Below, one piece after another: positions 1 to 10,885 of a stretch of 64,000 nucleotides of DNA. How positions within the stretch are numbered: position 1 is the first letter of the stretch; every line of letters begins with the position of its first letter. Below the pieces are notes generated by a model. That model was given only the letters and a program-made list of their open reading frames with translations. It was not told where the DNA came from and did no database searches. The DNA is from Callorhinchus milii. Lineage: Eukaryota. The position numbers and the translations under genes were made by a program. Where the stretch lies: assembly GCF_018977255.1 (NCBI RefSeq), contig NW_024704743.1, positions 30,320,001-30,384,000 on the forward strand, read 5' to 3'.

Positions 1-558
1 GGTTGTTGATTCCCATCACATTTGCAAATATCGAAAATTAGGGTGCAATGTACAGAATAAATTGTGCTTAATTCACTTGCAACACATTGAACTGCTTTGC
101 ATATGCTATAGGTATCTTGTTAATTACTGTCTCGATGCAATGCATGAGAACACAATGCAGGTCAGGTCCTGTTTAAGTGGTGCTCGACATCTAGATGGGC
201 TGCTTGACTGGATTCACGAAATGCAAAAAGCTATTAAAATGAAGCTCACATTTGGGAAAACACGAGGCCTCTTTTGTCAGTTCCTTTCATTCAGAGTATG
301 AGGTGCACCAATGATACGATATAGATCTCAAGCTGTCTCGAGGCTCCTGGTTTCCACAGTTACAAACAGTAATAGTAGCGCCTTTAAAGTTCCTGACCTA
401 ATCAGCCAAGCCTTGGGTTCAGGGCAACAGAGAAAAAAAACACAATGGAAAATAGCAAATGAACGGTCAGAACAAGAACAGGACAATAGGTGATTGAATG
501 CAACTTTTGTGATTTGGGCACTGCTAGAATTTCTAATCCACACGTTCAATGGAAAGCT

Positions 559-920
559 ATAATAATAACAATAATAATCCTTGCATTTGATATGGCGCCG
601 TTATCACGTCGTTTGAGACATCTCAAAGCACTTCACAGAACATATTGTAAAGTGAATTGACTATATATTTTGCAGGCAAAACGCAGCAGCCAATTGCGTA
701 CAGCAGCGTCCAACAAATAGTCATGGATTGAGTGACCACATTTTTTTTGAAAGGATTATTAACCCCAGAAAGTGATCAACTAACAACCAGGTTCATGCTT
801 ACTGCTAGGTAAACAGAGGTGTATGGAGTAAGGAAACTTGCCTAAGATTTCACCCTTCCCAGAAATCAAACCTGGTCCTCTTGCTTGCCAGATGAGTGCT
901 CGCACCAATACGTGACAGAC
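559..920 (-). mobile_element. Older long-form tRNA-derived SINE
   Basis: Reverse complement of the SINE body: (AAT)n tail, ttgcatttgatat, cacaaatagtc core, ctaggtaaacagagg long-form segment and a degenerate tRNA head. Confidence 0.8.
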
Positions 921-2241
921 TTTAAAATATGCGGCAGGATTCGACTTTAGAATAAGTCAGATAACCTACACAGCAGATTGACTAACAATCCACAGACACG
1001 ACATGTCACCAGTTCTGGCTGAGTTTGACATCTAAAGCCCTTCTGCTTTGTGTTTTGATTCATGTCCATTTGCAGAAAGCTCTATTTTATATCCGATTTC
1101 CAAGCTTTGGAGTTTTTAAGTTAAAGAGTTAGGATCTGTTGTCCTCTGGAGGCACCTCAATTTCATTATTCATCACTCTGCTAATCACCTCATCATCTCA
1201 CTATCAGTGGACTAGACACAGAGGCGCACATTTGTACTATATCAGCTAGAATATAACATAGTTGGACCATCTATTTCCACTTTCAGTCCATATCATATTA
1301 CAACAAGAGCTGTAAGGAATTGTAGTACACAAATACATAGCGTGCGTATAGTTACAACTTATTATAATATTAATACTAATAATCCTTGCATTTGAAATAG
1401 TGCCTTATCACGTCTTCAAGACATCTCAAAGCGGTTCACAGAATATACTGTAAAGTGAATTGACTGCATATTTTGTGGGTGAAACTCGGCAGCCAATTGC
1501 GCACATCAGTGTCCCACAAATAGTCATGGATTGATTGACCAATGTATTTTTTTTATATACAAATATGCAGAAAATGAAGTAGGAAAATAACAATATGAAT
1601 ATATCTTCCTCTGGAAAAACAGTTCCTGCGTATCTAGTGTTGTCTCCTGTGGGGAACACAATTTACACATTGCAGGACAATTTGTGGTGAGGGATGTCAT
1701 TGACTCTCCAGTTTTCCCATTACATCCTCTATGAAACTCAATTTGTTTTTACGTTTAGTAAGTCAGGAGGACTCCTCAAAGTGCTTGACAGGATATATTG
1801 TAAAGTGGAGTGACGGTGAATTTTTATGGGTGAATGTGGCAGCCAATTTACACAAAATAGTGTCCAGTGTTACCAATGCCTGTAATAAACATCTACCACC
1901 ATTCACTCTGAAAATTTGCAGTCTTCGCTTTATTATTCTTTCATGAGACGCACCAGATCCACACCTGCTCTACTTCCAAAATGCATTTGGATGTTGTTAC
2001 CCTTTGTCATGATGTGCCCTGTTGGAGCTCCATGTTATTGGCTGGGCTTGATTTCTTTTGATGGCCTGGAGGGATTATTTCCATTGGTCGAGCTGACCAT
2101 AATTGACAGCTGCCCTCTCCGTACAATATTGCTGGTGTTTCCACAGTGCTGAAATCCAGTGCTTTCACCCGTGTTACACACCACTTTAGCAGATAACCAA
2201 TATCCATAACCATTCAGCAGTAACCAAGCAAGTAAAGCAAG

Positions 2242-2490
2242 AACAACAAGATTCCATTTATAAAGCGCCTTTCACGTCAGGAGGACGTCCTAAGGCGCTG
2301 CACAGCTGGGTCAGGACCCGAGCAGGGGGAAATGGTCAGGGTGAGGGGAGGGAAGGGAGGGAGCGAGGAGGGGGAAGAGAGTCGAGAGGGGAGCTGAAGG
2401 CTCGGTCAAAGAGAAAGGTTTTGAGACCGGCCTTGAAGGAGGAGAGGGAGGAAGCAAGGCGAAGGCACTGGGGGATGGAGTTCCAAAGCA
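2242..2490 (-). mobile_element. Young L2-type LINE 3' end (purine-rich 3' UTR, (GTT)n tail)
   Basis: Near-identical to copies at 15698, 30125 and 41387; ends in tggaactcc (WNS motif of the ORF2 C-terminus) on the minus strand; shares the acgtgaaaggcgct tail with the SINE. Confidence 0.8.
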
Positions 2491-3497
2491 CACACAAAGA
2501 TCAAAAAACACTCGCACCTGCTGTTTCTCATCTTACCATTTAACCAACAAATGCACAAAAAGGTCAAAGTCTACATGCATATGCCATGCTAATATGAGTA
2601 TTAAGATCACACGCCCAACGACAGTGTCTGTTACTCATTTTTTATTTACTACAAAAATGAAATTTTGCCCCATCTGGATTCCCAATTCACACACATGTGG
2701 CTAGTGACTGAGCTATTGGACAACCCAGGCCTAAGACACAAATGGGTTAACATGGGAGTGCTGTATTCCACCCTTTCCACAGACATTCACATCTCTCAGT
2801 TCCTGCAGCAATTTGTTTAAATTTCCTCCAGGAGTGGACTCACCCACCCACCCACCCATCTCTACGCCTCCAGGGCTGGAAATACAAACCTGCTGGCTGC
2901 ACACGGATAAGCAGTGAGCGGAAACATTTCCCCTCTGTTCACCGACCTTTTCTGCAGTCGCTTGCTCTGGTGCGAGTTGAAGGTACAGGATGGAGGAGTG
3001 GAGGCTTTTACAGGAAAAAGAAACTGCTGAGTGATGTGGAGCTGAACATCTCCTGTGCACTGTGGGCCAATCCCATGCTGACGTGCCTCTCTTGGAAACC
3101 TGCCAACCTTTCCTTACCCTCACTCAATGTTTTTAATTGTCCGAATCGTCATGCATTGAACAATAAAACCTCACATACAAAATCCCAAAGGAAACAGCTT
3201 CACAAAATGCGAGGGAGGCATGACCCTGTGATTGCAAGATCTGCAATATACATCTCTCTGTGTCAAACAGAATAAACACAAAAAGATCTGTACTGTACAT
3301 ACATCAACAGAAATACCGATGCTTCTTATAAACTGTATGGAAAAATTACACCTGGGATTAAATTTACTCTATTTTGTTAGCCTTTTTGTTGCGTCCAGAA
3401 TTCATTGTTGAATGTAATGGTTGAGCAGACTGGATTGTGGTGCCTCCCCCTCCCATCCCCAGTTAAATGGAAGAAATGAAAAAACTCAGGTTCACAT

Positions 3498-3662
3498 AGG
3501 AGAGTTAGATAGCTTATTAGTTAGAACGCTTGCCTTGCCAGCGAGAGGACCTAGGTTTGATTCCCAGGCAGGGTGAAATGTTGGGCAAGTTTCCTTATGC
3601 CACATGCTTCTGTTTACCTAGCAGTAAGTAGGAACCCAGTTGTTGGTCGATTAGTCGATCCC
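3498..3662 (+). mobile_element. SINE 5' part (long form), 3'-truncated
   Basis: Degenerate tRNA head, gggcaagtttccttat and ctgtttacctagcagtaagtaggaacccagttg. Confidence 0.75.
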
Positions 3663-3924
3663 TTTTCTTGGCAGGAATTCTCTATACCTCTACAATGAAT
3701 GGGATCCTCAGTGCATCTCCTTCAGCAGCAAATTCATTCTATACGGATGCACATTACAGCTAGGGTATTTCACCCTTATATAAATGACATACAAAAGTGC
3801 AAGGAATATTACAACAACAACAACAACAGCAAGATTCCATTTATAAAGCGGTATATATATATATAGATATATATCTGGCCATATATTACAAGGTAGCAAT
3901 GCAATCTCTGCTCTTAAATAATGT

Positions 3925-4436
3925 CCCAACTCTTCCCTCCACAAGATGCAGATCATCCAGAACTCTGCCGCTCATGTCCTCTCCCGCACTAGGCTCCGTG
4001 ACCCCATCACTCCCACCCACGCCCAGCTCCACTGGCTCCCCATTCCTTAGAGGATCGAGTTCAAAATCTTAGTCCTTATCTTCAAGGCTCTCCACAGCCT
4101 TGGCCCCTCCTGCCCCTCTGACCTGCTAACCCCTTATCAATTTGTCCGCTCCCTCTGCTCAGCAGGCTCTGGCCTGCTCCATGTCCCCCACGCGGCCCAC
4201 CCCACCATCGGTGGTTGGGCCTTCACCCTCTATGGAACTCCATACCACATTCCTTTCGCCTCAAGACCCTTCACTTCAACTGTGCCTTCAGCCACCTTCC
4301 TACCCTCTCTGCCCTCCACCCTCCCTGATCCCACCCACCCCCTGCCCCACCCCCCTGCTCGGGTCCTAATTCCTAATCCCTGTCTATTCAGTGCCCCCCA
4401 TCGTGAAAGGCACTTTACAAATTTTATTTTGTATTG
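3925..4436 (+). mobile_element. L2-clade LINE ORF2 C-terminus plus 3' UTR, decayed
   Basis: Translates to LHKMQIIQNSAAHVLSRT...LHWLPIP*RIEFKILVLIFKALHSL, the LHWLP..RI.FK signature of L2 ORF2, with an in-frame stop. Confidence 0.85.
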
Positions 4437-4699
4437 CATGGTATAGACATTTTGAATATTGCTGCCTTGTAATCACAATTATTTGTTTTCCTGTCAAAAA
4501 TGTTGCGGAATAAACGTCATTGAAATTCACAAAAAGTCCAACAGAATTTCTGAACAATAGTATCTGATGTAAACATTCAGTGAAAGATATGAAAAAACAG
4601 GTTTGTGTTGGTTTTATCTTAATCAGATCCCACACTAGCCACTCTGTAATCTTGGTTGCTAACGTTTCTTATTTTCCAATCCTCAGATTCAGTTAGACA

Positions 4700-5445
4700 C
4701 ACGTCACCATCTGATACCACTGGAGCTTGCTTGACTGCCTTTGGGAGATGGGAGGAATTTTCCAAGTATATCTTTTTTCCCCCAAAAGGCTTTTCTGCCT
4801 CCCCGGAGAAGACCGAATGGCCAACACTGGGGGAAGATGTGTAGGATACTGGGGGAGGTGGATATTGAGTTCAATTCCAGGCAGGGCGAAACCTTGGGCA
4901 AGTTTCCTTACTCCACACGCCTAATAATAATCCCTCCAAAAAACAAAAACAGTAATAACTTGGTCATTTTCAATCCACGACTGTTTGTGGGACATTGCTG
5001 TGCCGCGTTTGCCCACAAATATACAGTCAATTCACTTTACAGTGTGTTCTGTGAAGCGCTTTGGGACGTCCTCCCGACGTGAAAAGCGCTATATCAAATG
5101 CAAGGATTATTATTATTATTATTATTGTCTAGTGGGTAGAGTGAGGACGTGAATAAGGAGGAAATTCTCTCAGGAGGAGACTTGATATGCCAAAGGGCCT
5201 TTTTTCGTTGCTTCCTGTCTATGCAACCTGTCTTCAGCTTCTCTCTGCCATTCCCATCCCACACATCGCACCACTCTAAGCAAATCGGGAGTGAGATTGG
5301 TGTCCAGGCCAAGTTCCAGAGGATTGTTCGTGGATTGTCTCATTAGGAATCCTTTTGTGAATCTCACAGTTTAAATCCTGACGTCTCTCCAATACCAGAG
5401 AAGATGTTCCAATTCGGGGATTGCTTCACGAGCAGTTCTACAGGA
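4700..5445 (-). mobile_element. Probable decayed Gypsy (chromovirus-like) integrase C-terminus, split by a SINE
   Basis: Frameshifted minus-strand pieces KKGPLAYQV/SPPERISSLF/HVL resemble GPVAYRLxLP..IHPVFHVS; distal VLAIRSSPGRQKSLL..YTW is loosely chromodomain-like. Confidence 0.35.
4866..5126 (+). mobile_element. Young short-form SINE, 5'-truncated
   Basis: Starts at the B box tgagttcaattccagg; body matches the 23198 copy; (ATT)n tail. Confidence 0.9.
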
Positions 5446-5739
5446 GTGAAAGGCGCTTTACAAATGTAATTTTATATTGTATTTTATAGGCAACTTGAGT
5501 ATTGCTGCCTTGTAATCACAATCCCAGGCATCCTTTGTTTCCCTGTAAAAAGTGTTGACACTGTAGAAACCATATCATTTACATTACAGGACAGTTATTA
5601 CAAGGACAACAACATGTATGTATATAACACCTTTCACTTAGGGAGTGTTTTTATCAAAACGTCTGGAAGCAGAACACTAGTAACAAAAGAAAAATGATAC
5701 CTTTGCAACTATTCGCAAAATGATGCCTTTGCAACTAGT

Positions 5740-6031
5740 GGAGTCCTGTAGCTCAGTGGTTAGAGCACTTGCTTTGCAAGCGAGAGACCTGAGTTCAATT
5801 CCAGGCAGGGCGAAACTTTGGGCAAGTTTCCTTACTCCACACGCCTAACAATAATAATCCCTCCAAAACCAAAAACAATAATAAAAATTGGTCATTTTCA
5901 ATCTACGACTGTTTGTGGGACATTGCTGTGCGCAATTGGCTGCCGCGTTCGCCCACAAATATTCACTTTACAGTGTGTTCTGTGAAGTGCTTTGGGACGT
6001 GAAAAGCGCTATATCAAATGCAAGGATTATT
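5740..6031 (+). mobile_element. Young short-form tRNA-Ala-derived SINE
   Basis: GGAGTCCTGTAGCTCAGTGGTTAGAGCAC head with A and B boxes and a TGC anticodon loop; Deu-like core; L2-like tail. Confidence 0.92.
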
Positions 6032-6486
6032 TGTACCCAAAGGTAGTCACTTTGTTTCTGGGTTACATTTTCCCTATGGCTGAGGAAAGATCCATACAAG
6101 GGTGTGTTGGCAGTAATGCTTCAGTGGCCTGTGTGGACAACTGAGCTACTCAACCTATTGGTGGAGAGAAGACGTGACTTTGCAGTCAATTTTTGGAAAG
6201 CAGTCAGAAGCAGCCTGTTCTCTGGGGAGACATTTATAGAAACCACCGCTTTCCGTGGGCCCAAGAGCAATAATGGTGAAAGTAAATGAGATATAACTGA
6301 CAATACACATGAACGAAAACATCTTTTTTAAAAATTACCTATTTTACAAGAAAAAGAGTCAGCAATTACAGCAACTGTTGCATAACCTAAGCACTTTGCT
6401 CTCTGAGTTATAATGCTTTGTGTCCCGCTCTTTGATCTCACCAAGGGTCACATGCTGTATGGTTTCAGTTAACGCTGATCTACAGT

Positions 6487-6793
6487 GGAGTCCTGTAGCT
6501 CAGTGGTTAGAGCACTCTCTTTGCAAGCGAGAGACCTGGGTTCGATTCCCGGCAGGGTGAAACTTTGGGCAAGTTTCCGTACTCCACACGCCTGATAATA
6601 ATACCTCAAAAAAANTTGGTCGTTTCAATCCACGACTGTTTGTGGGACATTGCTGTGTGCAATTGGCTGCCACATTTCACCCACATATTCAGTCAATTCA
6701 CTTTACAGTCTATTCTGTGAAGCGCTTTGAGACGTCTAGAAGACGTGAAAAAGACGTGAAAAGCGCTATATCAAATGCAAGGATTATTATTAT
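6487..6793 (+). mobile_element. tRNA-Ala-derived SINE (contains one N)
   Basis: Full head with ggttcgattcc B box, core and (ATT)n tail. Confidence 0.9.
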
Positions 6794-7055
6794 CTCATCT
6801 CGCTAAGAGAATATGGTCATTTAAGCAGATCAAGTGGATGCTTTGAACAGTCGTAGCTTTTTGACCAACGTCAGTTTTTATTGTTGTGTGGATTTATAAC
6901 CTGCCCACAAAAAAGCTAAAGATGATTTCAATCTGATCTCCTGAACTGCATCCACCTCATCGTGTAAAGCATTTTTTTATCTATGACCGAGTTCGTAAAA
7001 TTAATAGCCTTTTCAATGGATTACTGTTTAAAAATTGAATGATCATTGATATTAT
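6794..7055 (+). mobile_element. Probable 3' end of an RTE-X-like (CCHC-type) non-LTR retrotransposon
   Basis: Frameshifted HLA/EYGH...QFLLLC...TEFVKLIAFSMDYCL* resembles the HxLxIExGR...HFLxxC C-terminus; the last ~90 nt recur at 28640-28730. Confidence 0.4.
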
Positions 7056-7269
7056 TTCTTGTGCTATATCAGTGCAAGGCAACTTTATGATGAATATATT
7101 ATGTAGATATATATGAATTCATTTATTTTGCTAATTTCCTCCCCTTGTCCTGACGTCTTGATTGGGTGTGATTCCTGGGGTGTGATACTGCCTCCCTCCA
7201 GTCCCCTCACCATCATCGCTGCTAAGTGAGCCTATACACTGGGGATGAAAATGGGATATTTCTAAACTG

Positions 7270-7530
7270 TACATCAGCCCTCGACCCCCTCCCCTTCACC
7301 ATCGGCAACAATGCTTTCAGCTACTAAGCCATGACCTTCTGAAACTCTCTGCCTCAATCCATTCGCCTTGTCCCCTCTTTGCCCATCCTTTGATCATACC
7401 TGAAGACTTTCCTCTTCAGCCATGCCTGCTCTATCTCCTTGGCTCAACATCAGATTATGCCATCATTAAACACTGTAAGACGTTATCCTGTGTGAAGGGT
7501 GCTATATAAACACAATATGTTGTTGTTGTT
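7270..7530 (+). mobile_element. Old L2 3' fragment
   Basis: caccatcggcaacaatgctttcagc...gtgaagggtgctatataa followed by (GTT)n. Confidence 0.7.
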
Positions 7531-7822
7531 GCTGTTGTAAGACTGTGTGCTGGCAGCAATGGCTGTTTTTTTTAAATGAAATTATGGGATTCACTATGAA
7601 ATTAAATAAATCATAAAATAACAATTTGGTTATTCAATCCACAACCATTTGCATATACAGTCAATTCACTTTATTGTATATTCTGTGAAGCGCTTTGAGT
7701 TGATGTGATAAGGTACCATATGAAGTGCAAGGACTATTATTATTAAGAACAATTGGGGAAAACATTTCCAATCCCAAAAGGATGGCACAGGCTATTTGTG
7801 GCCGGCGATTTTGTTTCCTGAC

Positions 7823-7857
7823 CTTTTCTAAGAGTACTTGGGCGCTTAGAGTACTGT
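7823..7857 (-). other. Candidate 35-nt exon, host unknown
   Basis: Acceptor tgcgttttgctttcag and donor AAG|gtcagg; reads (D)STLSAQVLLEK or QYSKRPSTLRK. Confidence 0.2.
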
Positions 7858-8198
7858 CTGAAAGCAAAACGCAGTCGGTAATCACAGATCAGAATCCCGC
7901 AATATGATTGAGCATTTTGAGCAGTGGTTTCCAGATTGCAAATAGTTTATTTTTGAGCCCCAGTGATGACTCTGACCAATAGCTGAGGAAAATCCTGTTC
8001 TGAAAGCCTTACACATGCACTGTCCAGCAGGGGTTGCTTTCAAACCAAAGCTCTCTGTGATCTCAGTCAGATTAATATCTGATCATTCTAGCATTGTCAA
8101 AGCATGTGGTTCTTTTTAGTGATTTTGTGTACGATATCTAACTGCATCAGTAACAATACAGCTTGGATATATAAAAACATTTTCTTCTCTTATTTAAC

Positions 8199-8288
8199 CT
8201 GCCTGAGAGTTTGAAGAGCTTCCCTCCGGGGAGTGAGCAGGTTCTGTAAGAGCAGGGGAGCTCTTTGCAAGCTCTTCTGTGAATGTAT
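8199..8288 (-). other. Candidate 90-nt symmetric exon, host unknown
   Basis: Acceptor ctttgatcccactttccag and donor CAG|gttaaa; all three frames open (e.g. TFTEELAKSSPALTEPAHSPEGSSSNSQA). Confidence 0.22.
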
Positions 8289-9054
8289 CTGGAAAGTGGG
8301 ATCAAAGGGGCACTTGACTTTTTCTCTTCTATAATAATATTAAAAATGTAGAAAACCAAGAGATACCTGCAGGCGATTACATGTCAGTAATCTAATCAAG
8401 GGGTTCAGATGGTGTCATAAACCGTAAGGGCAAAGCCACAGCAGGTTTTAACAGCCATACTAACTTTCAAGGTTAGACTGCAGCCTTGAATCACTTCCTA
8501 ATATCTGTTCTTAGTTACACAATGTATGGTTTGAACTATGCAAAAGGCCCCAGTGGATATATTCTCCCCCTTCATACTTCCCTCCCCCCTTCAGCTGCCT
8601 AACCCATTCAGTGTGGTACTGAGGTGACACACTTGTTCCATTGTGATTGATGTGTTCTTAGCTTGCTGGTGTAGGCTGTCACACTTAGTCATTGGGTGCT
8701 GGGAAAGAAAGGGGTGAAAGCAATGTTGCCAGAGTTCTCCCGCTCCTAGTCCCAATCTAATGTTTCCCATTGGAAATTGCTTCCATCTGGATATTGGGAG
8801 AGGCTATGAGGCCCCCAACATTGCTAAACATAACTCAGACAAGCCCACAGAACCATACCGAGCCAGAGTCAGTGCCTTCAGGTGAAAAGGGATAAAATAA
8901 ATGTGTGGGAAATTGTCTGCATTGCATTGTGTGTGTCAAAATATCTTTAGGATGATTCCTTGGGAAAACGAGTGAGTTTCTGAAAAGGTTTATAATGGGT
9001 CTCAAGCTATTGTTTTCTTGATTTGGTTGGCAACTGGTCACCGTTAATGAGATT

Positions 9055-9208
9055 TCCAGTGGATTTTGAAACATGAGCCATGATATGCCTATCTTTCTGG
9101 GGGAGAGGAGTGGTAAGGTGAACAGGCTCTCCTTGAGGCTAAGCCGCCTCTAATGTAACATACTTGGCAAAAGATTGTCAGAATCGAGCCAACCCACTGT
9201 GGTAGTCT
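9055..9208 (+). repeat. Local direct repeat, copy 1 (~155 bp)
   Basis: tccagtggattttgaaacatgagccat...agaatcgagccaaccc aligns along its length to 9838-9989. Confidence 0.9.
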
Positions 9209-9360
9209 CGGCAGTCTGGTTCCTGAGCCAGGATTTATAGTACTCTAAGGCATTGCTGATGACAGACCAGTCAGCCTGGCTCATGGTCAAGCCTTAGAGG
9301 GCCAGGTTGATAAGAGGGGTCAGAGATTCTTCCCACTCAGCTCCTGTTAACCCTTTATAC

Positions 9361-9558
9361 CAGCGGTGGCTAATCTGTGGCCTGGCCTAAGGGCCAAAGG
9401 TGACCCAAGAGCCCATCAAGAAGTCCCCACCCCCACCCCCAACATTTGCATGAGTCTAGATAAGTCCATATTCAATAGTTAGTGTGTTTTCAGGTTTTTT
9501 TTAATTGAGATAAATCAAGAAATATTCAATCAAGAAAATATATTTAAATTCACCACTG
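9361..9558. mobile_element. Non-autonomous hAT (Charlie-like) element, 198 bp
   Basis: Ends CAGCGGTG...CACCACTG are inverted (7/8); 8-bp flanks ctttatac/ctctatac match 7/8. Confidence 0.75.
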
Positions 9559-9837
9559 CTCTATACTGAAGCCCTAGTTGATAGAGTAGACCTAGCTAGA
9601 CAAGATGCAGGAAGCTTGCCTGATGACTTGTGTGGAGTATAAACCCCGCACAGACTGGTTTGAGCTGAGTGGTTTTCATGATGTACATTCTATTTGAAAT
9701 CTTTGGATGATTCTAACAATGGAAAGCTATGTGGTTTTAGCTGGATAAGCACTCTGGGACACTAACCTACATGAGGGGTGATATATAAATGCAAGTTGTT
9801 ATTGATAAACTCTTGCAGTACCCCAACATATGTATAA

Positions 9838-9989
9838 TCCAGTGGATTTTGAAACATGAGCCATGGTGTGCCTATCTCTCTGGGGGAAAGGGGTGGTAAG
9901 GTAGATGGGGTCTCCTTGAGGCTAAGCCACTCCAAGGTAATATACTTGCAAAAGATTGTCAGAATCGAGCCAACCCTCTGAGGTGGTCT
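9838..9989 (+). repeat. Local direct repeat, copy 2
   Basis: Aligns to 9055-9208. Confidence 0.9.
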
Positions 9990-10217
9990 TTGGTTTTTGC
10001 CATTCTGCACCTAATATTTTCCAGAATTAGGTAAACAGGATGCCTTTCTGTAGTAAGAGAATGCATATTCCATTTGAGAAACAGGGACATTTCCATATGT
10101 AGGTGGCATACACATGTGAAACTCTTAGTCTCTTTTGGATTCTCTTAGGTATGAGATGGGTTTTCACATGGGTCAGATTCTCGGATGGATAAAAAAAGTC
10201 AAGGTATAAATAATAAG

Positions 10218-10402
10218 CAACAACAACAACAACAAGATTACATTTGTATAGCGCCTTTCATGTCAGGAGGACGTCCCAAGGCGCTGGACAGTGTACAGCA
10301 TTTCAGACCCAAGCTGGGGTCAGGGGGGAAAAGGGAGGGGAGGGGAAGGAGGGTGAACGATGATATGGTCGAAGAGGAGGGTCTTGAGGCGGGACATGAA
10401 GG
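10218..10402 (-). mobile_element. L2 3' end
   Basis: (CAA)n followed by atagcgcctttcatgtcaggaggacgtcccaaggcgct and a purine-rich UTR. Confidence 0.75.
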
Positions 10403-10744
10403 AGGCAATGTACTTCCTCCTGTAATTACTGCAATACAATCACTCATATAAAAGGAAGTGGAATGCAAGCAAAGCGTTTAATTATAAAGTATAGCAGAAT
10501 GGTTTACTGTTTAATGTTAACCAAGATACTGATTAACTTGTTCACTGACAAAATTCCATCAGTCACTGCACTTTACAATAAATTCTGCTTTGAGACATCC
10601 TCCCAATATGAAGGGCACTAAATCAAATGCATGGATTATTACTATTGCCAAATGATAGTGCTCCATTGCTGGCTAAAAGGAAATCAGCGTGTACCAAGTT
10701 TGGAGCGATTTTTACTCCTAGAGAATGATCTGCCAATTGACTGA

Positions 10745-10885
10745 CAACCAGATTCCTACTTACTGTTAGGTAAACAGAGGTGTGTGGAGTAAGGAAACTT
10801 GCCTAAGGTTTCTCCCTGCCCAGAAATTGAACCCAGGTTTTCTCGCTTGCGAAGCGAATGCTCTAACCCGTACACTACAGGATCC
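10745..10885 (-). mobile_element. SINE 5' part (long form)
   Basis: gtaaacagaggtgtgtggagtaaggaaacttgcc...tctcgcttgcgaagcgaatgctctaacc. Confidence 0.75.

Noticed and set aside
62..301. ORF with LLDWIHEMQKAI, reminiscent of a PH-domain or spectrin helix
   Set aside because: No convincing splice sites and no further family motifs
2731..3275. Overlapping 130-aa and 101-aa ORFs in GC-richer DNA
   Set aside because: No recognisable protein; candidate acceptors are poor or lead to early stops
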